NCBI GenBank assembly: GCA_964016885.1
Contig: OZ024746.1
Location: 66,526,001 to 66,590,000, forward strand
Source: Eledone cirrhosa
Lineage: Eukaryota
Reading direction: 5' to 3'
Length of the DNA stretch: 64,000 nt
Below are positions 1-13,663 of the stretch, in pieces. Position 1 is the first letter of the stretch. Each line of letters starts with the position of its first letter. The position numbers and the translations under genes were made by a program. The notes below the pieces were generated by a model. The model was not told where the DNA came from. It worked only from the letters and a program-made list of their open reading frames with translations, and searched no databases.

Positions 1-14
1 TGCTGCTGCTGCTG

Positions 15-83
<69 letters not shown>

Positions 84-160
84 ATGCTGCTGCTGCTCTT
101 GCTGCTGCTGCTCTTGCTGCTGCTGTATTGCTGCTGCTTCTAATACTAATAATAATATAA
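1..160. repeat. Compound trinucleotide microsatellite (CTG)n/(CTA)n/(AAT)n flanking the 3' end of the Tx1 element
   Basis: Read directly from the sequence. Confidence 0.95.
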
Positions 161-429
161 TTATAAAAATAATAATAATGATTTCTTTATTAACCACAAG
201 GGTTTACATAAAGTAGACATTAAGGACAGAGCAGGACAATGCAGGACGGTACAAATGGGCATTTCTGCGTGTAAAAAACAAAAACAGAGGATGTAACAAA
301 AAATAACAATGAAAAATTCCCCAATAGGGGGGAGACTTCGGAGGGACATTTGTGGAGAAAGCTCAGTAAGAAGCCACAATGACCCTGACCACCAAGGCAA
401 GTGCCCTCTCCCAGTTTTCCACCTTTAAT

Positions 430-3400
430 TTACAGATATATACTCAGAGTAGGCCCATTCACTCGGGCCATTCTTGCTTCTCTCACCCATCTTTCAACAA
501 AAAGCTGGGAAGAGAGCACTTCCCTCTCTACTCTGATTTTCCTTTTCAAATGATATTTGAAAAAGTCAATCAGAGGATCACCGAAGAGGTAAGTGCTCGT
601 CTTCAGCCCTTTCAAACGTGTCCACCATACTATCTCTTTCGCCATGGCCACCAGACAGATAAAAACTGCCTGCCCTTCCCGGCTAAAGGAGGAATGCGGG
701 GCAATCCTCACGATGGACTCAGATGATAGCCGGATCCGTCCTAAACGCGACAGCAGGTGTTCGACATAAACCCACAAGTCAGCAATTTTCGGACACTGGA
801 CGAGTGCGTGCAGGACGGTTTCGTCGCCCTGCGCGCATCTCGGACATGCCCGGCTGACGGCACCTCCATGCCTGTAGAGTTTATCCCGAACTGGCAAGGC
901 TCCTCGGTAGCACTGCCAGGCCAGAGATTTCTGGAAGTTGTCCATAGGCCCTCGCCCGAAAGTTCTTCCGAAGAGATTGGCTAGTTGATTTTCGTCGACG
1001 CCTAGAGTTTCCCCAAGTACGTCGTCGCTCTTCCCCTCCACTAATCCTCTATAGAACGCCGAAGTGGAGTTTCCACCGATCACATTGCCCGATTGGTCGA
1101 GGGCTGTGAGCGCCTGAAGACATTCCAGTCTCCAGGCGCTCCCTCTCGGTCTTCGCTTGACCCAGGACTGCAGCTCCGTCAAGGAAACGAGCTGGGGAAA
1201 TACGTGTCTAGCAAACGGCGACCACACCTGATCACCGTCGAGGAAGAGGTGGAGATGTCGTAGCCTGAGCGCGTGCCTGCGCATCATCAGCCACGGCATG
1301 CCCAGCCCTCCACGTAGCGGGTGTTGACAACAGATGGACCGCCTGACCATCGGAGCGCGTCCCTTCCACAAAAAGCGAAAGAGCAAACGCTCCATCGCAG
1401 TCAGGCGAGGCTTAGGACAAGGTACGACGGTCAGGCGGTAGCAGATGACAGACGCGATGTACGCCTTAGCCACCTCCGCTCGACCTTTGAGGGATAGCTT
1501 CCTCTCCGCCCATTTCTGGGTGAGAGAAGCCACCCTGCTCGTCACCTCGTCCCAGTTTTTGTCCATCTGGAGGTCCGGACCGAGCCAGACCCCTAGCAAT
1601 TTAACCGGTCCGTCCGTCCAGCGTCCGACGACGCTGTTGTACGGCATGGACCTGCCTCTCCAGGTGCCGAGCTGCAGGCCCACTGACTTTTCCTGGTTGA
1701 TCATTGCTCCTGTCACCGCTTCGTATTCTCTTAGTGTAGTGCCAATCGCCTCGATGTGTTTGGCGTTCGACACCACTACGGTGACATCGTCCGCATATGC
1801 TGACACGGATCATCCGCATCCTAGTTCGCGCGGGACTCCCCTCAACGTCTCCAGTTTGTGCAGTAATGGCTCGAGAGTCAATACGTACAAGAGGGACGAG
1901 AGGGGACATCCTTGGCGGACCGAGCGCATGATGTTGAACGGTTCCGACAGGTGACCGTTCACTCTCACCACAGAGCAGATGTCGCTGTGCATGGCAGCGA
2001 TCCAGCCTCTGAAGACGGGCCCAAAGCCAGCCGCCCTCAGGACTGCCGCTAGGTAACGATGGTCGACCCTATCGAAAGCTTTCGACTGATCTAAATTGAT
2101 CAAGGACCCACCCGTGCCAGGTTCCCTAGCTACCCTCTCTACGATGTATCGCATGAGGTGGAGGTTGTCGTGGATGGATCTGTCGGGAATGGCGCATGTC
2201 TGCGCCTCTCCCACCAGACCACCAACGACAAGCGCCAACCTCTTTGCTAGCACCTTGGCCAAAATCTTAAACTCTGTGTTTAGCAGAGTTATGGGCCGGA
2301 AATTTTCTATGTTATCCCCCTTGTTCGGATCCTTTCTCAGCAGTGCCACCGCTCCTCGGCTCACAGAACTGGGAATTCTCCCGTTGTGTTGCCAGTTGCA
2401 GTAGACGTCCGCCAAGAGGCCTCCGAACAAGTCTGGCATCTGTACGTAAAGTTCATAGGGCAGACCATCCAAACCAGGCGATTTACCCCTTGTGCAGCCA
2501 GTCATTGCCTCCCTTACTTCAGCGGCTGTTATCGGCTTTTCGCAACACTTCGCCTCAGTGGCCGAGAGCCGCGGCAGTCCGTCGAGGTAGACACTAAAGT
2601 CCATCCCTCTACCCGGCCCACCGCTGCCCCCGAACAGCTGAGCGAAGTGTCGCTGAAAAGCTTCACACATTTGCCCGGGATCGAGTAGCATGCGCCCGTC
2701 GTGGTCCACCAAAGACCGGATCGTGGCTTTGTTGCCACGACGCGCCTCCGCCACTCGGGCCCATTGAACGGCTTTCGTCCCCTCGTGTCTGAGAGCACGC
2801 ACCCTTGCTCTGACAACGCAGCCTTCGTGCTTTGCATTGAAGAATTGGTCAAGCTCCTCGTCTAATTTTCTAACTAGTTCTCCCTCTGCTCTATTTTTCT
2901 CTATTGCTAAAGCCTTACTAAACCTAATCGATTTTATTCTAATCGCTCTTTTCAGAGCAGACCACCACTTGTTGTTGACGATGTCCCCCGTCAACGCCCG
3001 CTTAACTAGTTCGCTAATCCGGTCTCTGTAGGCCTTGCGCGCAGGTAAGGACGCGTTTAGCTTCCATTAGCCGGGTCCTCGTCTATGAAGCCTATCTAAG
3101 TCAAGCACATAGATCACGAATTTGTGGTCCGTGTAGCTGACTATCTTCAATTGTGGACAGCCTATGCTAGACCTATATATTTCCCTACAAAATACTCTAT
3201 CTAGATATGATCTGGATGACCCTATGCGATTTGTCCAAGTCCACATTAGCACATTCGTGAAATCCAATCGGTACCTGTCAGACAGTTCAAAACGCCTGAG
3301 CAGGTTGGTGAGGCTCTTGCACCCTCCACCCCTATCCGCTAATCCCACACAGTCCCAGCGTGCATCTAAGATCCCGTTCCAGTCTCCCATTAACACTAAA

Positions 3401-3804
3401 GAGCGGGACGTTCCAAGAAAGGTCTCCAGACGCCGGAAGAAATCAGGCCGCCCTGCTCCTGTCGGGGCATAGACGGCCACTAGCCTGAAAGCTTTCCCGT
3501 CACCGCTGGCCACGTCCAGCACCACCAGTTTACCCTCTGGGTCTAGGAAGATGGCCCGTATGGCGAGATCCAAACCTCTCCGAAAAAGCACAGCAACTCC
3601 TCCACCCGATCCAGGACGGCTGGGAGATGCGTACACATCGTAGCCGCCGAAGATCGGTGCGAAGGCCCGTGCTTCGGAGATTCTGGTCTCGCTGATGGCC
3701 ACTACATCTATGTTTAGTGACCTGAGGTCGTTGAGCAGGTGACCCTGCTTCCATGACAACCCCAAGCCACGCGCATTTATGCTGCCTATTCTGAGTGAGG
3801 TCAT
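430..3804 (-). pseudogene. Tx1-like ORF2 (APE endonuclease + reverse transcriptase + zf-RVT/CCHC), one frame broken by two nonsense codons
   Basis: ORFs 3067-3804, 1810-2994 and 430-1806 share one frame. Motifs: SINARGL, ISETR, VYAP, GDWN, YLDR, TDH; KSPGLDG, FRPITLLN, LDQSKAFDRVDH, RQGCPLS, YADD; CPRC..ETVLHALVQC. TAA at 3067-3069 corresponds to TAC (Tyr) and TGA at 1810-1812 to an Arg codon in the copy at 45-48 kb. Confidence 0.92.
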
Positions 3805-3839
3805 GTTTAAAATAGAGTGGAAAAGATGGGAAAGACCAC

Positions 3840-5985
3840 TTACCGTACTTTTGGTAGAGGAGGGATGGTTTCTACATCCCTTTTCACTTGATCGTCTGGT
3901 GAAGGGACCTTTGAATCGTCCCTTCGGCTGGTCGTCGGCTCTTCTAAGAGAATGTCTGAATATACTCTTCGATTGATGGTTCCTCCTAGGTCTCTGAAAT
4001 CACCAACTGCGTTGGGGAATTTCGTTTTAATGTTTGTGTATTGTTTCTGTACTATTTTTAGCAGTCTTATGTTAGTTGGCGCTTTGATTGGTGCTGGTAT
4101 TATGTAGTCCTGTTGTGAAATGTCTGTGTGTTCAATTATGTAAGTCATTAGTTTCTTGTTGTGTGTATTTATTGCCGTGCATTTGTTTTTTCTGGGGGTG
4201 GGGTGTGGTTCTGCTATTTTCTTGTCGTTGTTGCTGGGTGTGTGTGTTTTGTTGTTGTGTTTGCGATGTTGGTGCTTGTGGTGGTGGTGTTGAAGGTGTT
4301 GTTGGCGGTAGGGTTGTCGCCGGTGGTGATGGTGGTGCTAGTGTGGGTGGTGATGGTGTTCGTGGTGTTGCTGCTGTGGGTCTCTTTGCAGTAGACTTTA
4401 CCCTTTTCTCATTTCTTTCCTCCCTTTTCATAGGCGACGATGCGCTGCTTCTGCGTTTGTGCCTTCTTACGACCTTTTGCCATCCCTCTCCCACCTCACA
4501 CTCCATGTCTGATTCTGTGAGGTCGGGGAGGGGTACCAGCTCCACTCTTTCACTTGTTGTTGTTGGTGATGTTTGCACTGGAGTCTCTGTTGCAGCTGCA
4601 TTTGGTATTGCTGTTGTTGTTGTTAATATTTCCACTGCTGCTGCTGTTTTTGATTTCCGTGACGTGGGTATGGGTGCCACGGACCTATCGTTCCTGGTTG
4701 CCGCTTGTCCTGTTGCTGGTAGCCGTGGAGCCGGATTCGGAAGGAGGGGGGTTTTCTCCTTTCTCAGGGTCTTCTCGTTGCAGAAGGCCCTGAGGTGAGT
4801 CTTCGATCCACAGCGAAAGCATTTCGGGCGTTTGCCCTCAACACTTATGGGCAGTTGAGTGCCGTTATCGAAGTCTATCACATACAGGATAGCTTCGATG
4901 CACTCCTGGTTGGTTTGGATTAGCATCTCAATGGAGGTGCCGACCCAATCTTCTCTTACTTTTTTCTGTACTTGCAGTACAGTTGTTTTGTCCTCGATTC
5001 CGACGAGGACAGACGCGGCCAGCCAAGAAGGGGCCATTCCGGGGGGGGGAGGGACGTGGGTCAGTTTGACCCTCACAATTTTTTGCCCGCAGTAGGAGGG
5101 CACCAACACCATTTCCTCGCTCCTTAGGGTCACTACGGATTGGGCCTTTGCCTCCTGGGGTGTGGCAAAAAGTACGTCTACGGTGGCATATTTTTTGCCT
5201 CGGGTGATGTGCGTTTTCCGCTGCCACGCAGACCCCAAGGCTTTTTGTATTTGGGCCTCTGTGGCTCTTTCCACCCTACGGGATTTTGTACTTACTGTAC
5301 GGTACGTGACCGTACAGTGCTGTTGGGTTTCGAAAAAATTTTCCGCTGCCTTGCAGATTGCTCGGTGTCCATTCTTTGTCACCATCTTCTTCGCTTCCTC
5401 TAATTCCTCATTTGTTATGAGGATTGTTTCCAAGTTTTTCGCAATACCTGCAAATGAGATTGGTTTTTCTTTGCTGCTGTTGTTGTTGTTGTCGTCAGAG
5501 CTGCTGTTACTTTTGTTGTTGCTGCAGGTACTACGACTACTGCCTTCGCCGCTGTTGCTGTGGTTGTTGTTGGTGTTGCTGCTGCTAATGCTGTTGTTGT
5601 TTATGCTGCTGGTGATGCTGTTGCGGCTGCTACTGTTGTTTTCATTGTCACTGTTGCTGTTGTTATTACGGCTGCTACTGCTATTATTCCTGACGTCAGA
5701 CGAATGAACTGGGTTTTCGTATTTCCCGCACACCTGTTTCGTCGCTGTCGTCGTCGTCGTGGAGAAACCTTGCATGCTTTGCACGAGACTTTTCTTTTCT
5801 TTCGTCACTTGCGAAAGAGAAGGGAGGGAGAGAGACACATTTAAAGAAGGGAGGGAAAGAGACAATCTTCTCTCTGCTGTAGTGACGATTGAGGAAGAAG
5901 AAGACGGAATGAGTGGGAGTGACCTATGCAAATTCTTTTTCGTAGCCAGGTTGTTTTTTTTGTTTAAAATAAATATTGGGTACAA
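3840..5985 (-). pseudogene. Tx1-like ORF1 (gag-like nucleic-acid-binding protein), probably frameshifted near 4140
   Basis: 617-aa ORF with CX2CX4HX4C knuckle (CFRCGSKTHLRAFC), S/N-rich N-terminus and P/T/Q-rich tail. The overlapping ORF 3840-4148 ends 35 nt before the ORF2 ATG. The true start may be the ATG near 5776. Confidence 0.8.
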
Positions 5986-6155
5986 ACCCCCAATAAGCAG
6001 TTATTTAACCCCGAAGGGCCAAATAACGGGCAGAAAGACCCCTCTCACGAGGAGGAGGGTGTTTTTGTCTGCAAGTTGGTCTAAGTTTTAAACAATTTAC
6101 AATTGTTAAAGCGTTCACAATTTACAGTACCTTACAGAGCCGAGCCTCCGTCAAC

Positions 6156-6165
6156 CATAGCATTC

Positions 6166-6193
<28 letters not shown>
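6156..6193 (+). repeat. (AAT)n tract between the head-to-head Tx1 and Dong-like elements
   Basis: Read directly from the sequence. Confidence 0.95.
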
Positions 6194-6196
<3 letters not shown>

Positions 6197-9100
6197 GAAA
6201 ATAATGAGATCGTAAATGATAAAGAAATGAATGAGAATGAACTTGCCAACTTGAAGGATGAAATTATGATCGAATGGATGAAAATGAAAGAATCTGACAT
6301 GGGGCAACGAGACACCCTCCCTAAGATCCAGAACTCCAAACAGAACCAAAAGATAATACACAAGACTAACATAATTCTCAAAAACATTATCATCACAAAC
6401 AAACTAAACATTACTGACTTAAATCATCTCTATTATGCATCGGCTAAAGTCACCACTCACTTATGTGAAGATGAAAAAACAAAGGAATTCCCACAAGAAA
6501 TCTACTTGGCAAGATAACATCAATCGCCAAATAAACCTTCTCCGATCTGACATAGAAATGTTAACAAACTATAAAGTAGGTGAACATGTTAAACAAACTA
6601 AACTTAGAAAATTGAAAAAAAAGTACAGTATAAGATCAACATGTGACATAGACATGCTGATAGAAACAATCAAGCAAAAAGTGTCGGCCAAGGCTGCTCG
6701 TATAAGGCGCTTTAAAAAACGATCTAGATTCTATAAGGACAATAATATGTTCAAAAACAACCAAAGAAACTTCTACAGAAAAATTGGTAAGTCAACAATA
6801 ACTGCGAAATCAATACCACCCAAGGAGGAAGTGCAAGAATTCTGGGAAAAGATCTAGGCCGAAGAAAAAGTTCATAACATACATGCCCCATGGACAGACA
6901 GACAAATGAAAGAAACAGCTCACCTTGAAGAACAAACATGGGAAAATATAACAGTTGAACAGCTGCGCTTGGCTCTAAGAAAAACCAGCAAATGGAAATC
7001 CCCAGGAAAAGACAAAATACAAAACTTTTGGATAAATGCCTTCACAGAGTCTCATGAGCTGTTAGCCCAACTTTACAATGAAATAGTTAAGGAGCTAGAA
7101 AAGATACCATCATGGCTAGTTAACGGCATTACATTCCTGCTACCGAAGAATGATGAGACAAACAATCCCAAAAATTACAGACCGATAACCTGCTTGACCA
7201 CAATGTATAAAATTTTAACATCAGTCCTAACTGAATACACATATGACCACCTGATAACAAATGACCTATTTCCCATTGAGCAGAAAGGGTGTAAACGAGG
7301 CTCATATGGCTGTAAGGATCAGCTTCTGGTTAACAAAATGATACTGGAAGATTGTCATAATAGACACAAACATCTATCGATTGCTTGGATAGATTATAAA
7401 AAAGCATTCGATAGTTTGCCACACAGTTGGATTGAAAAATGTTTAGAGATTTTCAAAATATCCCCCGTTGTCAGGAGGTTTTTGTCATTCAGTATGAGGA
7501 CATGGAGAACGACACTCCTTTTGAATAGTGAAACAAAATCACTGGAAGTTAACATTAATTGTGGAATTTTTCAGGGTGACTCTTTATCACCGCTTTTATT
7601 CTGCATCGCACTTATACCATTAGGTAAAATGATCAATGAAACAAAACATGGATATAGAGTCTATGACAAAACCATTAATCACCTGTTCTACATGGATGAC
7701 CTGAAACTATTTGCAAAAAATGTGAAGCAGTTCAGTGATGACATTAAAATGGAGTTTGGACTGGATAAATGCGCCAAAGCAACTTTCACCAGAAGAAAGC
7801 TGCTGAAGAGTTCAGACATTAATCTTGATCGGGGGAACGTGATAAGAGAGCTTGATCAAGAAAAAACTTACAAATATCTAGGTGTTTGTGAAGGAGACGG
7901 AATCAAGCACTCGACAATGAGGGAAAGGATAAGGAAGGAATGTTACCGCAGAGTCAGAGCAAGCTTAAGAACGGAATTGAATGCAAGGAATAGGATTGAT
8001 GCCATAAACACGCTTGCCATACCAGTAGTAACCTACAGTTACAATGTCAGCAACTGGTCAAGCCCAGAGATCCGTAGGCTCGATACAAAAATCCGAAAAT
8101 TCTTAACCATGCACAGAATGCATCACCCTAAGGCAGACATAGATAGAATATATCTCCCTAGGAAAGAAGGAGGACGTGGGTTAATCCAGTTAGACATTGC
8201 GTTGAAAACTGCAACAATTGGATTATCCACATATCTCAGGGAATCACATGATTGGATCATCAAACTCGTTTTGAAACATGATAGCACCAAAAGATCATAT
8301 TGCATTACAAAAGATGCACAAAGATACAGTAATGGACTACAAATTTCAGAAGTCCCATTTACTTCTGAAATGGAAAACACAGAAAAAGCAAAGCAGTTAA
8401 AAGTAACTGCAAAGAAAGAACTGCTACAGAAACTGGCTAAGAAATGGCAAGAAAAGCCTCTGTATGGAAAATACGCAGAGCGAGCTAACAATCCTGATGT
8501 TGACAAAACTTTAACCCATCAGTGGTTGGCATCCTCTGGACTGAAATCGGAGACTGAAGGACTGATTATATCGGCACAAGATCAGTGTCTGCCAACAAAA
8601 AATTACCAAGCCAACATAATAAAAAATGGGTGCAGCCCATTATGCCGTGTATGCAAAAAACAACCAGAGACCATTGACCATATAATTTCAATGTGCAGTC
8701 CTATAGCTCCAACCGAATACCTAAACAGGCATGACAGAGCTGCACAATACATACATTGGATAATGTGTAAGCATTTTGACCTGCCCCATCAAAAGAATTG
8801 TTGGGAGCATCAACCACCTCCCATACTTGAAAAAGATCACATCTCAATCTTGTGGAACTTTAGCATCCAAACAGACCGAAAAATAGATGCAAATAGACCT
8901 GATATAATATTGAAGGACTTTCAAAGGAGGGTATGCCTGCTAATTGATATGTCTGTTCCAATAGACAAGAATGTATCTATAAAAACATTTGAAAAATTAA
9001 GCAAGTATAAGGACCTGGAGATAGAAATTGGAAAAATGTGGAAATTGAGAACTAAAACAATACCAGTGGTTGTAGGCGCTCTGGGAATGATACCTAAGGG

Positions 9101-9365
9101 GTCTAACGACTACTTATCGCAAATCCCAGGAAACCCGCGTATAGGAGAAATACAAAAGATAGTACTAATGGGAACTGCCCATATACTAAGGAAGATCCTG
9201 TCAATATAAGTACATCACAAGTCTAAACACTAAGGATGCATGTGTGAATATGTATGTTCTTTCTTGAACATGGCGGACCTTGTTGTCTCTTGAGGTCACT
9301 GGTTGTGACTTGGTGATAACTCGTATAAACATAAAGCAAGATAAATGCAAATAATAATAATAATA
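6194..9365 (+). mobile_element. 5'-truncated R4/Dong-like non-LTR retrotransposon (RT + restriction-like endonuclease) in a (TAA)n tract
   Basis: RT-CCHC-RLE domain order, about 140-nt 3'UTR, (AAT)n on both sides; Dong-type elements are known TAA-repeat targeters. Confidence 0.88.
6227..9209 (+). pseudogene. R4/Dong-like ORF: RT, CCHC finger, PD-(D/E)xK endonuclease; disabled
   Basis: WKSPGKDKIQNFW, NYRPITCL, IDYKKAFDS, GIFQGDSLSP, YMDD, GGRGL, CRVC..ETIDHIISMC, RHD, RPDII..LIDMSVP, KYKDL. Frameshift near 6480, in-frame TAG at 6855-6857, apparent short in-frame deletion after DDLKLFAKN. Confidence 0.88.
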
Positions 9366-9371
9366 AAAATA

Positions 9372-9728
9372 AGTATTATTATTATTGTTCTTTTAGTCTC
9401 AGTCATTGATGTTAGTTAACTGGAAAGTTTATTAAAATGAATATCAAGCCACTACCTGCAGCCTCATATATTCAGGACGTATCGGAGGGTTCTTGCTGTT
9501 CCCAGCAAGCATGCCTTTTGAAGCGTTCCAAAAAGCGTGGCGGGGCCAATTCTATTTAACCATCCCTGGAAACTTTTTGAGATAGTACCTAGTGCGCCTA
9601 TGACAATCGGGACCACTTTGACTTCATGGCAGTTCCAAATCCTATTTACCTCCCACTTTAAGTCCTGGTATCGGTTAATTTTCTCCCTCTCCTTCTCTTG
9701 CACTCTCGTGTCGAATGAGCAAGGCCAC
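9372..9728 (-). mobile_element. Short 3' fragment of a second R4/Dong-like family, tail-to-tail with the first
   Basis: ORF 9464-9703 (EKINRYQDLK..VVPIVIGALG..LQKACLLGTARTLR) is homologous to, but diverged from, the C-terminus of 6906-9209; (TAA)n on both flanks on its own strand. Confidence 0.85.

Positions 9729-9782
<54 letters not shown>
9729..9782. repeat. (TTA)n microsatellite
   Basis: Read directly from the sequence. Confidence 0.95.
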
Positions 9783-9783
<1 letters not shown>

Positions 9784-10912
9784 AAGTTAGAAAAAAATAA
9801 TGAAATATTAAATAATTAGGGGGTTTTCTTTGATTTCCAAATCTGGCTAACGTATTAGTGTATTTCACGTTAGAATATTTTAATCATTCGCATCAGTAGC
9901 CATCAACCAATCATATTATCACTTACAAAGTCTTGAATACGGCCAGACATAATCAGATTAACGATATCTATTTGAACTCAATTCAATTTCAACATCATAA
10001 GAAGGTGAAAACAATTTCAGCTATTTTTAAAATACGTCACTGAGACTGAAATATCGAAAACTATTGATTTTGAAAGAATATTTTTCTTGAGTACCATTAC
10101 CGTAATAACAGAAATTTCTATGAGCAAATCTGGAGTACGTTATAATATATCACGCTGGCAATATACACAATCGTACACACTATCGCTTAACAATATACAC
10201 ACATACAGGCTCATGCATATATACACATGCACACAAATATACATACATGCACACAAATACCTGCACATGTTATAGACATTGTAACATTTTCATGATGAGC
10301 GAGACATAGTAATTAACAAATATGTAAGTAATGCTTCATACTGGACTAATACTATATTTATTAGCCTGGGAAATATGTAAAATGTAATTGATATAGGTGG
10401 TACTTCAACTTAGAACGCAGTGAGCCGGAAAAATCCCGAAGCATTTAATCCGGGATCATAACCACAATATTTTGGCATAAATTAATATATATATTTATAT
10501 CCACTGTGTTTTCACAGGATTATCAGACATGCGCTGTGGGAATATGAGAGTACGCAGGTGAAATTTCAGAGTTAGAAAACCTCTCACTCCGGCATAAGAA
10601 CATTATTAAGTTCTATTTCGATACTGATGATTCACGTTTGTCATTATCATCCGGCTGATTAAACAGAGACGCGCTTGCCCTCCCCCCAAAACTTTCCGCT
10701 TCCTCATCTTATCACTCTCGTCTTTCTTTCTTTTTTTTTGTCTGATATCTTTCTTTCTATCTTCAGATGAATGACTATTGTCCGAAATATTAAGATTGTT
10801 TTCCTAGAATATCAAGTATCATTGAAATATCGTTTACCTGTGTTTGTACACATTTCGCATATATATATATATATATGTGTGTGTGTGTATGTGTGTGTGT
10901 GTGTGTGTCTTT

Positions 10913-10944
<32 letters not shown>

Positions 10945-11513
10945 CAATACATAAATAGATAGATGTATATATATTGTATTTCACTATAGCAAAACTTATC
11001 ACCTAGGCACAATAGAAACAATTTGCGCTTCATCTTAGTTTTTTTATGTATGAAGTTATATTGTGCGAAACGAACCAACAAAGTATAGCCTCTTTTATTC
11101 TCTTTAACATAAAGATGTAACAAAATATATGTAAACTGTATATTCACACACGTTGAAAATATATGTTAATGTCTAAAATGAACCGGTGAAAGTGGTTAGC
11201 TGTTTTGTTTTCTACATCTCTTTAAGATGTGTTGCGTACAAACCATGTTTATGTTTGTGTTTGGCAAAATGCTCCGTTAGATAACATATATATGTTATTT
11301 GTGTGTTTGCCAAAGTCAGCTTTGCGCAGCTTATTCAAATATTAGCGTAGAATATCATACTAATGAAAGGGGTGTATATTGTACGTGCCAAAATCTGAAA
11401 TGTTCTCATAAAATATTTGTATATAGAAAAACTTACACATACAAATTCACACACAAAATACGCATATATATTCATATGCATGTGTTCCTGTGCCTATAAA
11501 AAAATCAATCAAT

Positions 11514-11515
<2 letters not shown>

Positions 11516-11592
<77 letters not shown>

Positions 11593-11608
11593 AATATATA
11601 TATATATT

Positions 11609-11690
<82 letters not shown>

Positions 11691-11820
11691 AATATATACA
11701 TATATATATATTCTTATGTACATATATATGTATATTATATATAAATGTATATATGTATATATATATATAAGTATATATATATATATATATACATGTGTGT
11801 GTGTGTATGTGTGTGTGTAA
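11516..11820. repeat. (TA)n/(TG)n microsatellite
   Basis: Read directly from the sequence. Confidence 0.95.
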
Positions 11821-13269
11821 TATAATTCAATCCTTATGACATTTAAAGAGAGCAATTTACAATTCATCAAAGAAACAGTGCTAATATGAATATGCTATTA
11901 CTTTCTTCGTACGCGATTATTAACAATTAATATTCTGGGCACTGTCCAATTTATTATATAAACATGTCAGTTTATTAAGTTTCATCTTAGGTCATATCAG
12001 ACATGTGAAATAGTACCTTGTAGAGTATTCCAGGTATGATTACCATCCCAAGTGACAGTAGATCGAATGCATGCTATCTTTAATTCTGCATCGCAAATTT
12101 TCAAATTTTCTTTATAATATTCGTTTTCCATTCCTCTTTGTTTATCTGTCTCTCTAACGCAATCAAAATCTACCATTCCTTTTATATATGTCTACTTAAA
12201 ATTTGCGTATGTTTATGTATATGTAAACATGGGCGTGGCAGAATCACTAACATACATATGACCACTGGTGAAATATATTTTTTTTTATCAATAGAGAATT
12301 AAAGTAAAAAAAAAGCTGAGAAAATTATACGTTATTTCAAAGCTGTTATATGTTATAATCTCAGGTTATTTAACTTTTTCACCGCAACCAGCTCTCTCTT
12401 TTAGCCTCTGCTTCAAAAGGCAGATCCCCCTTGATAATGAGACGTAAGCAATACGGAGTGATTTCTGCTCCGGAAAGTGTTACGATTTCTGCGGCAATTA
12501 ATTTTTGTTTTCAAAGAGATCTCATATTGCAGTCAATTATTTGACATCATTATATGATTTTGTACTGAGTAATTGCTGGCTTTGTGCCAAAAGAAGAAAG
12601 AATTATATGATTTTGCTTTCATTCATCTGAATTATATTTGTCCTTAAATATTGCTATCACCCCCTGATAAATTGGCTGAAAATATATTGCCTTCTCTGGT
12701 AAATATACAACCATAACCTCGTTAAATGTGATAAGAAGTAAAACTTGAGATTTGTATAGAAAGAAATTTGGAACAATTTTAAAATTAAGATTTTGTAATC
12801 GAACATTTTTATATTGAATGCACACACCAACCTTTTTAATGCGGGTAGAATTTAAACTTGATGAATCGATCTTGAGCTTAGTATTACGTTACCAGAGGCA
12901 TCTCAAAGAAATAGAAGTATTTGAAATTAACTCACCGATTTTAAGCTGTAATTGTACATACTTTGACAAATACATATTTTCTTTCTAAAACTACTTCGTT
13001 TCGTCAAGATTTATATTTTCTCTACCAATATAAACATAGGTTTCAATGAGTATTTTATGAACACTATTTAGCAACTGCAATATAATCGATTTCAAGTATT
13101 CATACATTTTTCTTTACCCTATAATCGTATGTTTATAGTGTCCAGAGATCATTCAGCGTCAGTTTCGTTTTCTTTCCTAATTATTTGGAATGCTGAAAAC
13201 AGGTTGATTATCATATCTTCGTTTCGGACATAATTGACGAGGATAATTCGCTTTTGAAGGCAAGCCTCA

Positions 13270-13530
13270 GCCTACATTTTCAAAGAGTTTTCCATTTCAG
13301 TGCAATGACCGACAGGCAGTGACTTCTATATCGGAAATTCATTATGAAAGAAAACTTTGATGATGTTCATTATAAAGCTTTGTGTTCTGAATATTATTAT
13401 GCAAGGATAATTACCTGGTAGAGTTATTTCGTCTATTTCTCTTGAACCAAGATTTGGATGTAAGCTAATCGTTGTTACATGTTTGTCGAAAGCTCTAAAT
13501 TCCAACTTCTTCGTTGATTTTCGAATCATA
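13270..13530 (-). pseudogene. Possible very old Penelope-like RT remnant
   Basis: Translation FDKHVTTISLHPNLGSREID..SFIMNIIKVFFHNEF..CTEMEN loosely resembles the FDVxSLYTNIPHxLGxEAI..GTAMG pattern of PLE RTs; heavily decayed. Confidence 0.25.
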
Positions 13531-13593
13531 ACCGAGGTCTACTGATTCGTTACAGTAAACCACTATTTATCATAACTTCAAATAACTCATGAT

Positions 13594-13663
<70 letters not shown>

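Larger units (their letters stand above)
165..6155 (-). mobile_element. Near full-length L1/Tx1-clade non-LTR retrotransposon (ORF1 + APE-RT ORF2)
   Basis: ORF1 with CCHC knuckle; ORF2 with APE, RT and C-terminal zinc finger; AATAAA on the minus strand at 186-191; (ATT)n on both flanks on the element strand. Confidence 0.92.

Noticed and set aside
1810-3069. Programmed stop-codon readthrough in Tx1 ORF2
   Set aside because: The second copy has sense codons at both positions, so these are ordinary nonsense mutations.
379-6091. Plus-strand ORFs overlapping the Tx1 element
   Set aside because: Antisense shadows of GC-rich LINE coding sequence.
10624-10670. CTGATGA hammerhead candidate
   Set aside because: GAAA and the cleavage triplet are not present at the expected positions; stems unconvincing.
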